A stretch of 64,000 bases of DNA from Acidobacteriota bacterium (GTDB taxonomy: Bacteria > Acidobacteriota > Vicinamibacteria > Marinacidobacterales > Marinacidobacteraceae): positions 196,512 through 260,511 of the forward strand of contig JAJDUD010000063.1 in the NCBI GenBank assembly GCA_022826825.1, in the 5' to 3' direction. The position numbers and the translations under genes were made by a program. The notes below the pieces were generated by a model. The model was not told where the DNA came from. It did no database searches and was given only the letters and a program-made list of their open reading frames with translations. Each line of letters begins with the position of its first letter. The first letter of the stretch is position 1. Shown here one piece after another: positions 8,564 to 18,023 of this stretch.

Positions 8564-9660
8564 TCCCGCGCCCGTTCCGGCAGCCCCCGCATCCCCTCCG
8601 CGAAGATCTCGTAGGCCTCTCCGACGCGGACCCGGTCGCCCTGATCGCCGTAGAGGTCGAGCAGCCAGGCGCCCCGCACGATCCGCTTGAGCGCCACCCA
8701 GGGACGATCCGACGCCGATTCGCCGTAGGCCAATGCGAGTTCCTTCGCTTCCAGCGCCGGGATGAAGAGATCGGCCCAGCGGCCCTGGTCGATCAGTGCC
8801 TGGACCCGCCGGTCGCGGGCGCGGATCGCGTTAAGGATCGCTTGCGGGGTGTCGGGGACCCGCAGCTCGGGCAACGCGGCGGGCGCGGTCTCGGCCGCGA
8901 AAGCGGTCTTTTCCGCGTCCGAGAGGAAGATGAAGTCGAAGCGGTCTTCCCGGTCGCGACCTGGGAACTGCACGAAGGCGGTGAAGGCCGCCCGCTCTCC
9001 GGCCGCGGCCTCCGCCGGCATCTCGAGGGCGCCGGGGGCCGTCGCGAGCGCCACGGGATCACCGAGCGGCGCCCCGCGGTCATCCGCGGGAACCACCCGC
9101 GCTCCGAAGGGGTCCGGCTCGATGGGCCGGGTGTACGAGTCGTAGAAGTAGAGGCGGAAGGCCCCGTCTTCCAGGGCGCCTTCCAGGTGGTGCACCCCGT
9201 CCGGCGCCATGAACAGGATCCCGCCGTGACGCGGGTTGTGGTCGCCGTGCGCAGAGACCTGGGTCGTCATTTCCCGGGGAATGTCGCCTTCACACATCCC
9301 GGGTTCCACGAAGACCCGATCAGGATCGGACGGACAGAACCAGATCACCTCCCGCGTCGCCGGAACGAGGGGGTCTCCGGTGTCGGGACAGATTCCGGGC
9401 TCGTCCTCCACCAAGCCGTCTTCCTGAGCCAGACAGACGTACCGCGTCACCAGGGTTCGCCGGACGAGCGCCATCCCGCACAGCGGGCAGCGCCCCTCGC
9501 CGTGAGCCTGGTGGTCCCTGTGCATGGGACAGAGCCAGACGGTGTAGGCGTCGTCGGGGGCAACGCCCTCCTGGAACGCCGCTGCGGCGGGAACGGATGC
9601 CGGAGCGGAAAGCGAGAGCGAGAGGGCCAGGGCGGCCAGCAGTCCCTTCCGGACGCTCAT
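8560..9660 (-). CDS. Secreted heavy-metal-binding-domain (HMBD) protein
   Basis: Signal peptide MSVRKGLLAALALSLSLSAPA. CPMHRDHQAHGEGRCPLCGMAL matches the CusB-type HMBD motif CPMH...CPxCGM. Further CP...C pairs follow. ATG at 9660. Confidence 0.6.
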   Translation of the reverse strand: MSVRKGLLAALALSLSLSAPASVPAAAAFQEGVAPDDAYTVWLCPMHRDHQAHGEGRCPLCGMALVRRTLVTRYVCLAQEDGLVEDEPGICPDTGDPLVPATREVIWFCPSDPDRVFVEPGMCEGDIPREMTTQVSAHGDHNPRHGGILFMAPDGVHHLEGALEDGAFRLYFYDSYTRPIEPDPFGARVVPADDRGAPLGDPVALATAPGALEMPAEAAAGERAAFTAFVQFPGRDREDRFDFIFLSDAEKTAFAAETAPAALPELRVPDTPQAILNAIRARDRRVQALIDQGRWADLFIPALEAKELALAYGESASDRPWVALKRIVRGAWLLDLYGDQGDRVRVGEAYEIFAEGMRGLPERARE

Positions 9661-9879
9661 GGGCGGAAAATTAGCAGGCACGGGACGGTGGGTGCGGAGC
9701 GTGGATCCGAGGCGCCCCCTGCGCGGCGCTGTGCCGGCCTGGAGACCGACCTCGAGGTCAGGAGCGCCGCTCTTCAGAGCCGCATCGCGGCCGCGGGCCG
9801 CGAAACTCCCACCGTCAAGCGCGCCCATGGACCGGACCAGAAGGGGGGCGGCGTTGCGCCGTCGCCGTGGTGCGCCGCG

Positions 9880-9985
9880 CCACGCTGTGGGATAGCGTCG
9901 GGAGTTTCGCCCGCTGCGCGGGCGATGCCGGTGTGAACACCGGCGCTCCTGCGCGGGCGATGCCGACCTGAAGGTCGGCGCTCCT
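9880..9985 (+). repeat. REP/BIME-like element, type A. One long unit plus a tandem second hairpin module
   Basis: Sequence is GTCGGGAGTTTCGCCCGCTGCGCGGGCGATGCCGGTGTGAACACCGGCGCTCCTGCGCGGGCGATGCCGACCTGAAGGTCGGCGCTCCTG. Confidence 0.65.
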
Positions 9986-9987
9986 GG

Positions 9988-10473
9988 CTACGCGTCCCGT
10001 CGGGTCAGGTTCACCACGATGCCGTTCGCGGCCCGGACCAGGTTGGCGGGGGTGATGAGGATTTCCTCCCCCCAGACTCCGGCGCCGACTCCGAGGATCG
10101 GCTCCTCCATCAGGTCTTCGTCGATGAAGGTCCGGGTGCCGTCCTGCTGCCAGGAAAACGGCGGGATCGAGCCGATCCGGTAGCCGGTGAACTCGATCAC
10201 CGCTTCCGGACTCGCGAGGCGGATGTTCCGGTTGCCCATCGCCTTCTTGAGCTTTCCGGAGATGACGTTCCGGTCGCCGCCCACCGCGATCAGGGCGCGC
10301 TCACCCGTTCCCGACTGGAAGATGAGCGTCTTCACCATCTGGCTCTCTCGGTAGCCGAGCGCGTGCGCCACCGAAGCGGCGCCCTTGGGGGTCGAATCCG
10401 GAAACACCCGCCGCTCCCAGGAAATCCCGAGCGCCTCGAGATGCCGGTGCGCCGGCAGCGTCCAATCCGTCAT
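9988..10473 (-). CDS. ybaK: YbaK/ProX-type aminoacyl-tRNA deacylase
   Basis: 161 aa. KTLIFQ and TGYRIGSIPPFS align to YbaK. ATG at 10473 overlaps the SDR stop (ATGA). Confidence 0.8.
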   Translation of the reverse strand: MTDWTLPAHRHLEALGISWERRVFPDSTPKGAASVAHALGYRESQMVKTLIFQSGTGERALIAVGGDRNVISGKLKKAMGNRNIRLASPEAVIEFTGYRIGSIPPFSWQQDGTRTFIDEDLMEEPILGVGAGVWGEEILITPANLVRAANGIVVNLTRRDA

Positions 10474-11270
10474 GCGGCCCTCCGGGCCATCTGGCGGCCC
10501 ACCTGTTTCCCGAGCCAGCGCACCACGAACCGTGGGAGCAGGCGCGGCACCAGAGGCACCAGCCGCGGGAAGAAGCCGGGATTGATCACCACCTTCCCCT
10601 TCAGAGCCCCCTGGTAGCCGGCCCGCGCGACGGGACCCGGAGCGGCGAGCGCGAGCCGGCGGACCCCCGAGAACCCCTCGATGCCCGCCGTCCCCAGGAA
10701 CGGGGTGTTCACCGGCCCGGGACAGAGCACGCTCACCGTCACCCCCGTGCCCGCCAGTTCGCCGGCCAGCCCCTCGGTGAGGTGGAGAACGAAGGCCTTG
10801 GTGGAGGCATAGGTCGTGAAGCCGAGGCCGGGGACGTAGCCGGCGCCGGACCCGACGTTCAGGATCCGTCCCCGTCCCCGCTCGATCATTCCGGGCAGAT
10901 AGAGGTGACACAGATCGGCGAGCGCCGCCAGGTTCAGCCCGATCATCTTGCGCTGCACTTCAAGCGGAACGTCCGCGAAGCGCCGGCTCATCCCGAACCC
11001 GGCGTTGTTGACGAGAAAGTCCACCTCCATGCCGCGCTCGCCGGTCGCGGCGTGAAGACGCTCGGGAGCCCCCCGCTCCGTCAGGTCCATCGGCAGTGCC
11101 ACCGCACGAACGCCGTACTCGGCCTGGATTTCCTCCGCAGCCTGTTCGAGGCGCGCAGCGTTTCGGGCCACCAGCGCCACGTCGTGCCCGTCGGCGGCGG
11201 CGAGCGACGCCAGTTCGCGCCCGATGCCGGTGGAGGCGCCGGTGATCAGCGCCCACCCCGAAGTTGCCAT
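10470..11270 (-). CDS. SDR-family oxidoreductase
   Basis: TGASTGIGRE Rossmann motif and YASTKAF catalytic YxxxK. Confidence 0.85.
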   Translation of the reverse strand: MATSGWALITGASTGIGRELASLAAADGHDVALVARNAARLEQAAEEIQAEYGVRAVALPMDLTERGAPERLHAATGERGMEVDFLVNNAGFGMSRRFADVPLEVQRKMIGLNLAALADLCHLYLPGMIERGRGRILNVGSGAGYVPGLGFTTYASTKAFVLHLTEGLAGELAGTGVTVSVLCPGPVNTPFLGTAGIEGFSGVRRLALAAPGPVARAGYQGALKGKVVINPGFFPRLVPLVPRLLPRFVVRWLGKQVGRQMARRAA

Positions 11271-11320
11271 GTCGTAGTCTAGTCGGCTACCCCGGTATTT
11301 CCCGGAGAACCGTCCGTTTC

Positions 11321-13537
11321 ATGGCCCGCAACACTCCCCGCCGTCCCACCGCGGTCATTCCGCGCGAGGTGTCGCAGCTCGCGTTCAACGCGCGGGTCCT
11401 CCAGGAGGCGCGGGACGAGACCGTGCCCCTCGTCGAACGCCTTCGTTTCCTCGGCATCTTCTCGAGCAACCAGGACGAGTACTACCGGGTCCGGGTTGCC
11501 GCGCTCCAGCGCATCCAGAAGATCAGCCCCAACCGGCGGCGGTTCTTCGACTGGGATCCGTCGGTCCTCCTTTCCGACATCCAGCGCCAGATCCTTCGCG
11601 ATCAGTCCCTCTTTCTGAGGACCTACGACGCCCTCCTGCGCGAACTCGAGCAGCACGGGATCCGCATCGTCACCGAATCCGACCTGAGCCCGGAGCAAGG
11701 GGAATACGTCCAGGACTACTTCGTCCGCGAGGTGCGTCCGCACCTGACCCCGATCATGCTGGAACGCAAGGGCCAGACGCTCAATCTCGACGAGCGGGAG
11801 ATCTACCTGGGCGTCCGGGTCCTGCGCTCCGGCCGGTCCCGGCCGATGTACGCCATCGTGGACATCCCCACCCGCTCCGCGGGGCGGTTCGTCCGTCTGC
11901 CGTCGGCGCCGGGACGGACCGACGTCATCCTCCTCGAGGACGTGATCCGGTATCGGCTGGCGGAGATCTTCTCGATCTTCCAGGTCGAGAGCGCCAGGGG
12001 ATACGTCGTCAAGATCACCCGCGACTCGGGGCTCGACCTCGACGGCAGCCCGCAGGACAGCTATCTGCGCAAGGTGGAAAAGAGCGTGAGGCGGCGCCTG
12101 ACCGCCGCGCTCGTGCGCTTCGTCTTCGACCAGACCATGCCGGGCGACCTGCTGGAAGCCCTCTGCCGGAGTCTTCAGATCCACGACCGGAGCGTGCTGG
12201 TGCCGGGCGGGCGGCATCACAACTTCAAGGACTTCATCGGCTTTCCGCGGCTCAAGAGCGGTCTCCGCTACGAACCCTGGCCGACCCTGGACCTCCCCGC
12301 CATCGATCGCGAGCGGTCCGTCATGCGGGCCATGCGCCGCCGGGACATCCTGATCCAGACGCCCTACCAGCGCTTCTCCTACCTGATCGACCTCCTCCGG
12401 GAAGCGGCCATCGACCCCAAGGTCACCCGGATCTCGGTCACCATGTACCGGGTCGCGAACAACTCCGGGGTGGTGGGCGCCCTCGTCAACGCGGCGCGCA
12501 ACGGCAAGAAGGTCACCGCGGTAGTAGAGCTCACCGCCCGCTTCGACGAGGCCACGAACATCGAGTTCACCGACGTCCTCACCCGCGAGGGAGTCCGGGT
12601 GGTCTTCGGCCCGGAGGACCTCAAGGTCCACGCCAAGATGGGTCTGATCGAGCGTCGGGAGCGCGGCAGACGCGCCCTCTACGGCTTCCTCGGCACCGGA
12701 AACCTGAACGAGGACACCGGCAACCTCTACGCCGACCACTTCCTGCTGACCACCCACGAGGGGATCTGCCGGGACCTGGCCCGCCTCTTCCGGGTCATTC
12801 GGCGGCCGTACGAAACCCGCGACATGGAACACCTCGTCGTTTCGCCCTGGACGCTCCGGAGTACGGTGGAGCGCCTCATCCACGCGGAGATCGCCCGCGC
12901 CCGGCGCGGCGAGCCGGCGTCCATCGAGACCAAGCTGAATCACCTGACCCAGCCGGACGTCGTCGGCCTCCTCGAGGAAGCGGCCGGGGCCGGAGTCCGG
13001 GTCCGGCTGATCGTGCGCGGAACCTTCTCGATTCCCACCGAGAACCTGCCGGCGAAGGCCGACTTCAAGGCGATCTCCATTCTCGACCGCTACCTCGAGC
13101 ACTCCCGGATCCTCGTCTTCGGAAACGGCGGGGACCCGCTCTACTACTGCACCTCCGCCGACTGGATGCCCCGCAACTTCGATCGGCGCATCGAAGTCGC
13201 CTTCCCGGTCTACGACGAGCGGATCAAGAACCAACTGCGGCGTTACCTCGATCTGCAGTGGGCCGACAACTGCAAGGCCCGGAAGCACGACTCGGCAGGA
13301 CGGAACGAGCGGGTTCCGTCGGGGACGCCGCGCCGGGCCGCCCAGGAGTCCATCTATCGCTGGCTCGCCGAGCAGGCCGAAGCGGAACGCGCGCAGATCG
13401 AGCGAAGGAAGGAGGCCCGGGCGCGCACCGGTCCCCCGTTCGAGCGAGGAAACGCTGCGGAACCGCAACCGGCTCAGGCCAAACTGCTACTGACCAGCAG
13501 CGCGGCGAGTTCCTCTCCGGCGTCGAGCCGCGCGTAG
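11321..13537 (+). CDS. ppk: Polyphosphate kinase 1
   Basis: LAFNARVLQEA...RLRFLGIFSSNQDEYYRVRVAAL matches the PPK1 N-terminus. About 739 aa from ATG 11321. The 3' end overlaps the convergent MDR gene by about 64 bp. Confidence 0.9.
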   Translation: MARNTPRRPTAVIPREVSQLAFNARVLQEARDETVPLVERLRFLGIFSSNQDEYYRVRVAALQRIQKISPNRRRFFDWDPSVLLSDIQRQILRDQSLFLRTYDALLRELEQHGIRIVTESDLSPEQGEYVQDYFVREVRPHLTPIMLERKGQTLNLDEREIYLGVRVLRSGRSRPMYAIVDIPTRSAGRFVRLPSAPGRTDVILLEDVIRYRLAEIFSIFQVESARGYVVKITRDSGLDLDGSPQDSYLRKVEKSVRRRLTAALVRFVFDQTMPGDLLEALCRSLQIHDRSVLVPGGRHHNFKDFIGFPRLKSGLRYEPWPTLDLPAIDRERSVMRAMRRRDILIQTPYQRFSYLIDLLREAAIDPKVTRISVTMYRVANNSGVVGALVNAARNGKKVTAVVELTARFDEATNIEFTDVLTREGVRVVFGPEDLKVHAKMGLIERRERGRRALYGFLGTGNLNEDTGNLYADHFLLTTHEGICRDLARLFRVIRRPYETRDMEHLVVSPWTLRSTVERLIHAEIARARRGEPASIETKLNHLTQPDVVGLLEEAAGAGVRVRLIVRGTFSIPTENLPAKADFKAISILDRYLEHSRILVFGNGGDPLYYCTSADWMPRNFDRRIEVAFPVYDERIKNQLRRYLDLQWADNCKARKHDSAGRNERVPSGTPRRAAQESIYRWLAEQAEAERAQIERRKEARARTGPPFERGNAAEPQPAQAKLLLTSSAASSSPASSRA

Positions 13538-14511
13538 GCCCTCCCGGCGTCCGCCAGCGGGACCCGCAGGGTCACCAGGGTCTCGAGGGGGACGCCGCCG
13601 AGCAGTTCCCATGCGGTCCGGCGGCGCCGCTCGATGGTCCAGGAGGGGCCGAGCGGGGGCAGGTGGCTCACCTGACTCGAGACGATCCGGACCCGCCCCC
13701 GGTGGAACCAGCCGCCCAGGTCGAGCGGCGTCGCTCCCCCGGCCAGCCAGGAACCCGCGATCACGCGTCCGTCCCGGGCGGCGGCCCGGATCGCCGGGTC
13801 GAGCGCCGACCGGTTGCCGGAGACCTCGAAGACCAGTTCGGCGCCGCCGGGAAAGGCGCGGCGCACCCGTTCGAGAGCCTCTTCGGGCGTGACCGCCTCG
13901 TGCGCCCCGAACTCCAGCGACCGGCGGCGCCGCTCCGGCTTCGGTTCGACGGCGATCAACCCGGCGAGCGGATACCGGGAGAGCAGCGCGGTGAGGGCCA
14001 GACCGAGCACTCCCTGCCCCACGACCACCACCCGCTCCCCGATTCGGGGCGCCCCGTCGAGGAGCAGATTCACCGCCGTTTCGAGATACGGGAAGAGCGC
14101 CGCGCGTTCGTCGGGGACTCCCGCCGGGACGGGGAGCAGGTCGTCCACGGGCGCGCAGAACACGCTCTGGTGGGGCACGAAGGCGAACACGCGGGACCCC
14201 GGCGCCGGCGCGCCGGCCGGCACGCCGGGTCCGAGCGCTTCCAGCCGGCCCACCGCGGCGTAGCCGTAGGGGAAAGGAAACGCGAACGTTCCGCCCGTGT
14301 GCGCCCCGAGGGTTTCGTCCCGTGGAAGTGCGGGGGCCAGGTCTCCCCGCCAGGCAGCGAGTTCGGTGCCCGTGCTGATCGCCGAGACGCTCGTTCGCAC
14401 GCGCGCCTCCCCAGCCGCGGGCTCGGGCGCGGGCTCGCGGCGCACCGCGACGCGGCGAGGGCCCTCGAACCATACGGAGAGCCGCTCCGCGGGTGGAGGC
14501 GCCCCGGTCAC
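13474..14511 (-). CDS. Medium-chain dehydrogenase/reductase (zinc-ADH-like) family protein
   Basis: 345 aa with a GQGVLGLA Rossmann motif and MDR-like architecture. Confidence 0.65.
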   Translation of the reverse strand: MTGAPPPAERLSVWFEGPRRVAVRREPAPEPAAGEARVRTSVSAISTGTELAAWRGDLAPALPRDETLGAHTGGTFAFPFPYGYAAVGRLEALGPGVPAGAPAPGSRVFAFVPHQSVFCAPVDDLLPVPAGVPDERAALFPYLETAVNLLLDGAPRIGERVVVVGQGVLGLALTALLSRYPLAGLIAVEPKPERRRRSLEFGAHEAVTPEEALERVRRAFPGGAELVFEVSGNRSALDPAIRAAARDGRVIAGSWLAGGATPLDLGGWFHRGRVRIVSSQVSHLPPLGPSWTIERRRRTAWELLGGVPLETLVTLRVPLADAGRAYARLDAGEELAALLVSSSLA

Positions 14512-14516
14512 GGGAG

Positions 14517-15296
14517 TCAGGCCTCGCGCCCGGTGGGAGCGGCGCGTCTCCGGGCGCCGAATCGGGGACGCCCGGCGAACACGAGGTCGTCGTCGAGACG
14601 CGCCCAGCCGAGTCCCGCGAGGTCCACCGGCGCGGGCACCCGGGCGAGGGCCGGCTCGCCGCCGACGAGCCGGGGGGCCACGGTGATCACGACCCAGTCC
14701 GCGAGCCGTTCGGCGAACATCGAAGTGAGGACCCGGCCGCCGCCTTCCACGAGGAGCCGCCGGACGCCGCGCCGGTGCAGGGCGCGCATCAGGGACCGGA
14801 GCGGCAGGGGGCCGTTCGGCGAGCGGAATCGCAGCACCGTCACCCCAGCGGCGCAGAGGCGCGCGGCCCGCTCGCGCGGCGCTTCGAAGCTCGTCGCGAC
14901 GAGCGGCGGGGGAGCCGCCCGGAGAGCTCCGCGACTCCGGAGCAGCCGGGCGGAGGGCGGCAACCGCAGCCGGCCGTCGAGGATGACCGGCAGAGGGCTG
15001 TCTCCGGCGACGAGCCTCACGTTGAGCCGCGGGTCGTCGGCCAGCACCGTGCCGATTCCCACCAGAATCGCGTCGTGGCCGGCCCGCAGCCGGTGCGTGA
15101 GTTCCAGCGAGCGCGAGCCGCTGAGCCGAAGCGGCTCTCCGGGTCTCGCGGCGATGGAACCGTCGAGACTCTGGGCGTAGCTGATGGTGACGCGGGGCCG
15201 GCGCCGCGCCTCCTTCGCCACGTCCGAGGTCAGTTGCGCAACCAGGCCCTCGAGCCCTGCCGCGGGCGGCGCCGCGGCGCCGGAACCGGCGGTCAC
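14517..15296 (-). CDS. RibD C-terminal domain / dihydrofolate-reductase-like reductase
   Basis: RVTISYAQSLDGSIAA...HRLRAGHDAILVGIGTVLADDPRLN matches the RibD reductase domain. Confidence 0.7.
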   Translation of the reverse strand: MTAGSGAAAPPAAGLEGLVAQLTSDVAKEARRRPRVTISYAQSLDGSIAARPGEPLRLSGSRSLELTHRLRAGHDAILVGIGTVLADDPRLNVRLVAGDSPLPVILDGRLRLPPSARLLRSRGALRAAPPPLVATSFEAPRERAARLCAAGVTVLRFRSPNGPLPLRSLMRALHRRGVRRLLVEGGGRVLTSMFAERLADWVVITVAPRLVGGEPALARVPAPVDLAGLGWARLDDDLVFAGRPRFGARRRAAPTGREA

Positions 15297-17605
15297 GAGG
15301 GGCCGGGCGTCGCTCCGTCGTCCGGACCGCTCCGGAACCCCACGTCGTCCAGCAGGACGCTTCCGGCTGCCTGCGGGTCGAGCCGGAACCGGATGCCGAT
15401 CACCGGTGGCGGCTCGGCGGGGGGCGGACGGCGGGGCGCCGCACCGGGCACGACGGGAGGCGGCGGGGGGGGCGGCGGCAGGAGGTTCCTCCCCCGGATG
15501 GCGACCGTCTGCGGGATTTCTTCGACGATGCGGCGGTAGCGCTCCCGATTCATCCGGCGTGACTTCAGGAACTGGACCTCGAAGGGAGGCTCCGGGGAGA
15601 TCGCGTCCACAATCGCGAACGCCGGCCCCTCCACCTCGTCGGGAAACAGCAGTTGCGCCGTCATCGCGATGGGCGGGGCCGCCGCCGCTGGTGCGGCGTC
15701 GGCTCCCGGCGGCGCCGGGTTCCAGACCACGGAGAACACGAACTCGTCGTCGCCGGTGACGGCAATCGGTTCGGCCAGGAGAATCTCGTAGACCGGATCC
15801 TCGGCCCGGTCGCCGCCGGAGACTTCGAGCCGGACGGCGGAGGTCGCCTGCTTGGAACCGTCGCGGAAAAGGACTTCCTCCTCGCTCCAGCCGGCCAGGC
15901 CGCGCGCCTCGATCGTCGTTCCCCCGGCGGTCCCGGTGGCGAGATGAAGGTCCTCCTCGAAGCCCGCGACGATGCGGGTGCGCGAATCCGCGTACTGGCT
16001 CTGGTAGCGGGTCTCCGGGAGGAACGGGGCTCCGGCGCGGTAGTCGCGGAGCAGCGGCACGAACTCCGCCTCCCCGAGCAGGGTGGCGCGCAGGAACGCC
16101 AGAACGTACACCTGGGCCATCTTCTGTTGTTCGGCCGCGGAGAGGAGCGGGGCGCGATTGAGCCAGAACATGCCCCAGAGACCGGAATCCATGCCCCAGG
16201 TGGTGTTGAACTGACCGTGGTTGCCGCGATGCGCGACGACCCCCGCCTTCAGACGGAAGCCCAGAACCCCTTCGGAGCGATCGGCGGCTCCGTCGAGGCG
16301 CGTCCGGTGGAACTGGCGGAGGCCGTGGAAACTGGGCTCGTCGGTGTCGTAGGAGCCCTGGAGCGCCAGGAAGTTGACGTCATGCAGCTCGATGCGCCGC
16401 GAATAGCGGCGGTCGATCTGGGCGATCGCCACCACGGATTCGATGCCGAAGCCGTAGTCGAACTGGTAGTTCGCGTCGTCCGGGAACGAGGGAAGATCGT
16501 TGAAGGCCGCGGCGATCGCCGCCGCCTCTCCACCGCGCGAGTGCCCGAGCAGGGCTACCCGGTCGAGGTCGAGGCGGTTGTAGAGGGGTGAGCGCGGGTC
16601 CCGGTTCCAGGTCCGAAACAGCCTCAGGTGCTCCAGCAGCAGGATCGCGCGCGCCGGCATCTCGCGTCCGCCGAAGTCACCCGACCAGGTTCCGTTCAGG
16701 AAGTTGGCGTCGACGGAGGCGGTCGCGATCCCGTGGCTTGCCAGCAGGCCGGCGAGATAGTCGTAGCCGGCGTCGGAGAAATCCTCCATCCGGTGGTTGC
16801 CGTGGACGATCAGCGCTACCGGACGCCGGTTCCCGGCGTCGGTGTCCGGAAGGTGGAGCCGGCCGTTTCGCGGAGCGTCATCCAGGCCGAACCCCCACCA
16901 CCATTCCCGGTGGGTCGCGCGAAAACCGCGCCACTCCGGGAGTACGCGGCCGAGGTCCACGGAGGGCGAGCGGATGGTCACCGCGTCCCCATATTCCGGC
17001 CGGTACGGATCCCGTCCGCTGCCGTAGGTCAGGAGGCGCACGGCGTGGGGGCCGCGGGCCGCCGGGTCTTCGGCGACGGCCGCGGGTGGATTCGGCTGGG
17101 CCTGCGCGGGCCGGACGTAGGGATCCTCGCCGGGACCGAAGAACCACATTCCCCCGTAGGCGATGAGCCCGCCGCCCACGACGGTGAGAAGCACTCCGCC
17201 GCGGCCGTAGGCCGGGCGGTGGGGGCGAAACACCATGGCGAGACCGGAACCGACGAAGAACGGCCCGACGAAGACGACGACCAGGAGCCCCGGAAGGAGC
17301 GCATCCGGCCAGCGAAAGATGGTGCTGCGGAGAAACCACAGGCTCGCTCCCGCCGCCACCAGCAGCAGAAAGGCATCCGTCGAGAGCCACTCGACGAGGC
17401 GCTCGGCGACCCGGCTCAACCCGACAAAGATCACCAGCGAAGCCACGCCCGCCAGGACTCCCGCGAACGACGCCAGCAGCCACCCCGGGATGGCCCCGAA
17501 AGAGACCGCCGCCAGCGCGTGCAGAATGACCACCCCGAGGGCGCTCGTGGCCGCGCCGGCCACGAAATAGCGCCGGATTACCGGGGCGTAGTCGTAGCGT
17601 CGCAC
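15293..17605 (-). CDS. Membrane-anchored alpha/beta-hydrolase
   Basis: N-terminal 4 TM. The esterase nucleophile motif is LLGHSRGG. There is a poly-Pro tract near the C-terminus. Confidence 0.6.
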   Translation of the reverse strand: MRRYDYAPVIRRYFVAGAATSALGVVILHALAAVSFGAIPGWLLASFAGVLAGVASLVIFVGLSRVAERLVEWLSTDAFLLLVAAGASLWFLRSTIFRWPDALLPGLLVVVFVGPFFVGSGLAMVFRPHRPAYGRGGVLLTVVGGGLIAYGGMWFFGPGEDPYVRPAQAQPNPPAAVAEDPAARGPHAVRLLTYGSGRDPYRPEYGDAVTIRSPSVDLGRVLPEWRGFRATHREWWWGFGLDDAPRNGRLHLPDTDAGNRRPVALIVHGNHRMEDFSDAGYDYLAGLLASHGIATASVDANFLNGTWSGDFGGREMPARAILLLEHLRLFRTWNRDPRSPLYNRLDLDRVALLGHSRGGEAAAIAAAFNDLPSFPDDANYQFDYGFGIESVVAIAQIDRRYSRRIELHDVNFLALQGSYDTDEPSFHGLRQFHRTRLDGAADRSEGVLGFRLKAGVVAHRGNHGQFNTTWGMDSGLWGMFWLNRAPLLSAAEQQKMAQVYVLAFLRATLLGEAEFVPLLRDYRAGAPFLPETRYQSQYADSRTRIVAGFEEDLHLATGTAGGTTIEARGLAGWSEEEVLFRDGSKQATSAVRLEVSGGDRAEDPVYEILLAEPIAVTGDDEFVFSVVWNPAPPGADAAPAAAAPPIAMTAQLLFPDEVEGPAFAIVDAISPEPPFEVQFLKSRRMNRERYRRIVEEIPQTVAIRGRNLLPPPPPPPPVVPGAAPRRPPPAEPPPVIGIRFRLDPQAAGSVLLDDVGFRSGPDDGATPGPS

Positions 17606-17639
17606 GCGTCAGGCTCTCCTTCCCCTTGTCGGGAATCGG

Positions 17640-18023
17640 TCAATCGCCTCCGCCCCGGAGGTAGTCGTCGGTTCCATCCAGCCAGTCCTGCCGCGGCGGC
17701 GTGAAGATGTCCACGTCCAGGGTGTCTTCCAGCGCGATCGCCTTGTGCGGGACCCAGGAGGGAAGGACCAGCACCTCTCCCGCCTTGACGTCGATCGGTT
17801 CCGAATCCTCGTCCTCGATCCAGAAACGCAGCACGCCGCTGATCACATAGGTGATCTGCTCGTTGTCGTGCGAGTGCATCGGAACCACGGCACCCTTGTC
17901 CAGATAGACGTGCGTGAGCATGGCCCGATCCGCGGTAATGATCCGGCGGCTCAGCTGGTCGGTCAGGCGCTCCTTCTCCATGGCTTCCCAGCGGATGTGG
18001 CGTACTTGATCTCTCGCTGACAC
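17640..18023 (-). CDS. Cupin domain protein
   Basis: Small beta-barrel pattern PMHSHDNEQITYVISGVL. Start is 18023 or the internal ATG at 17981. Confidence 0.6.
   Translation of the reverse strand: MSARDQVRHIRWEAMEKERLTDQLSRRIITADRAMLTHVYLDKGAVVPMHSHDNEQITYVISGVLRFWIEDEDSEPIDVKAGEVLVLPSWVPHKAIALEDTLDVDIFTPPRQDWLDGTDDYLRGGGD

Noticed and set aside
11279-13468. A 729-aa minus-strand ORF antisense to ppk1
   Set aside because: The PPK1 frame has unmistakable homology. The antisense product is Gly/Arg/Pro low-complexity.
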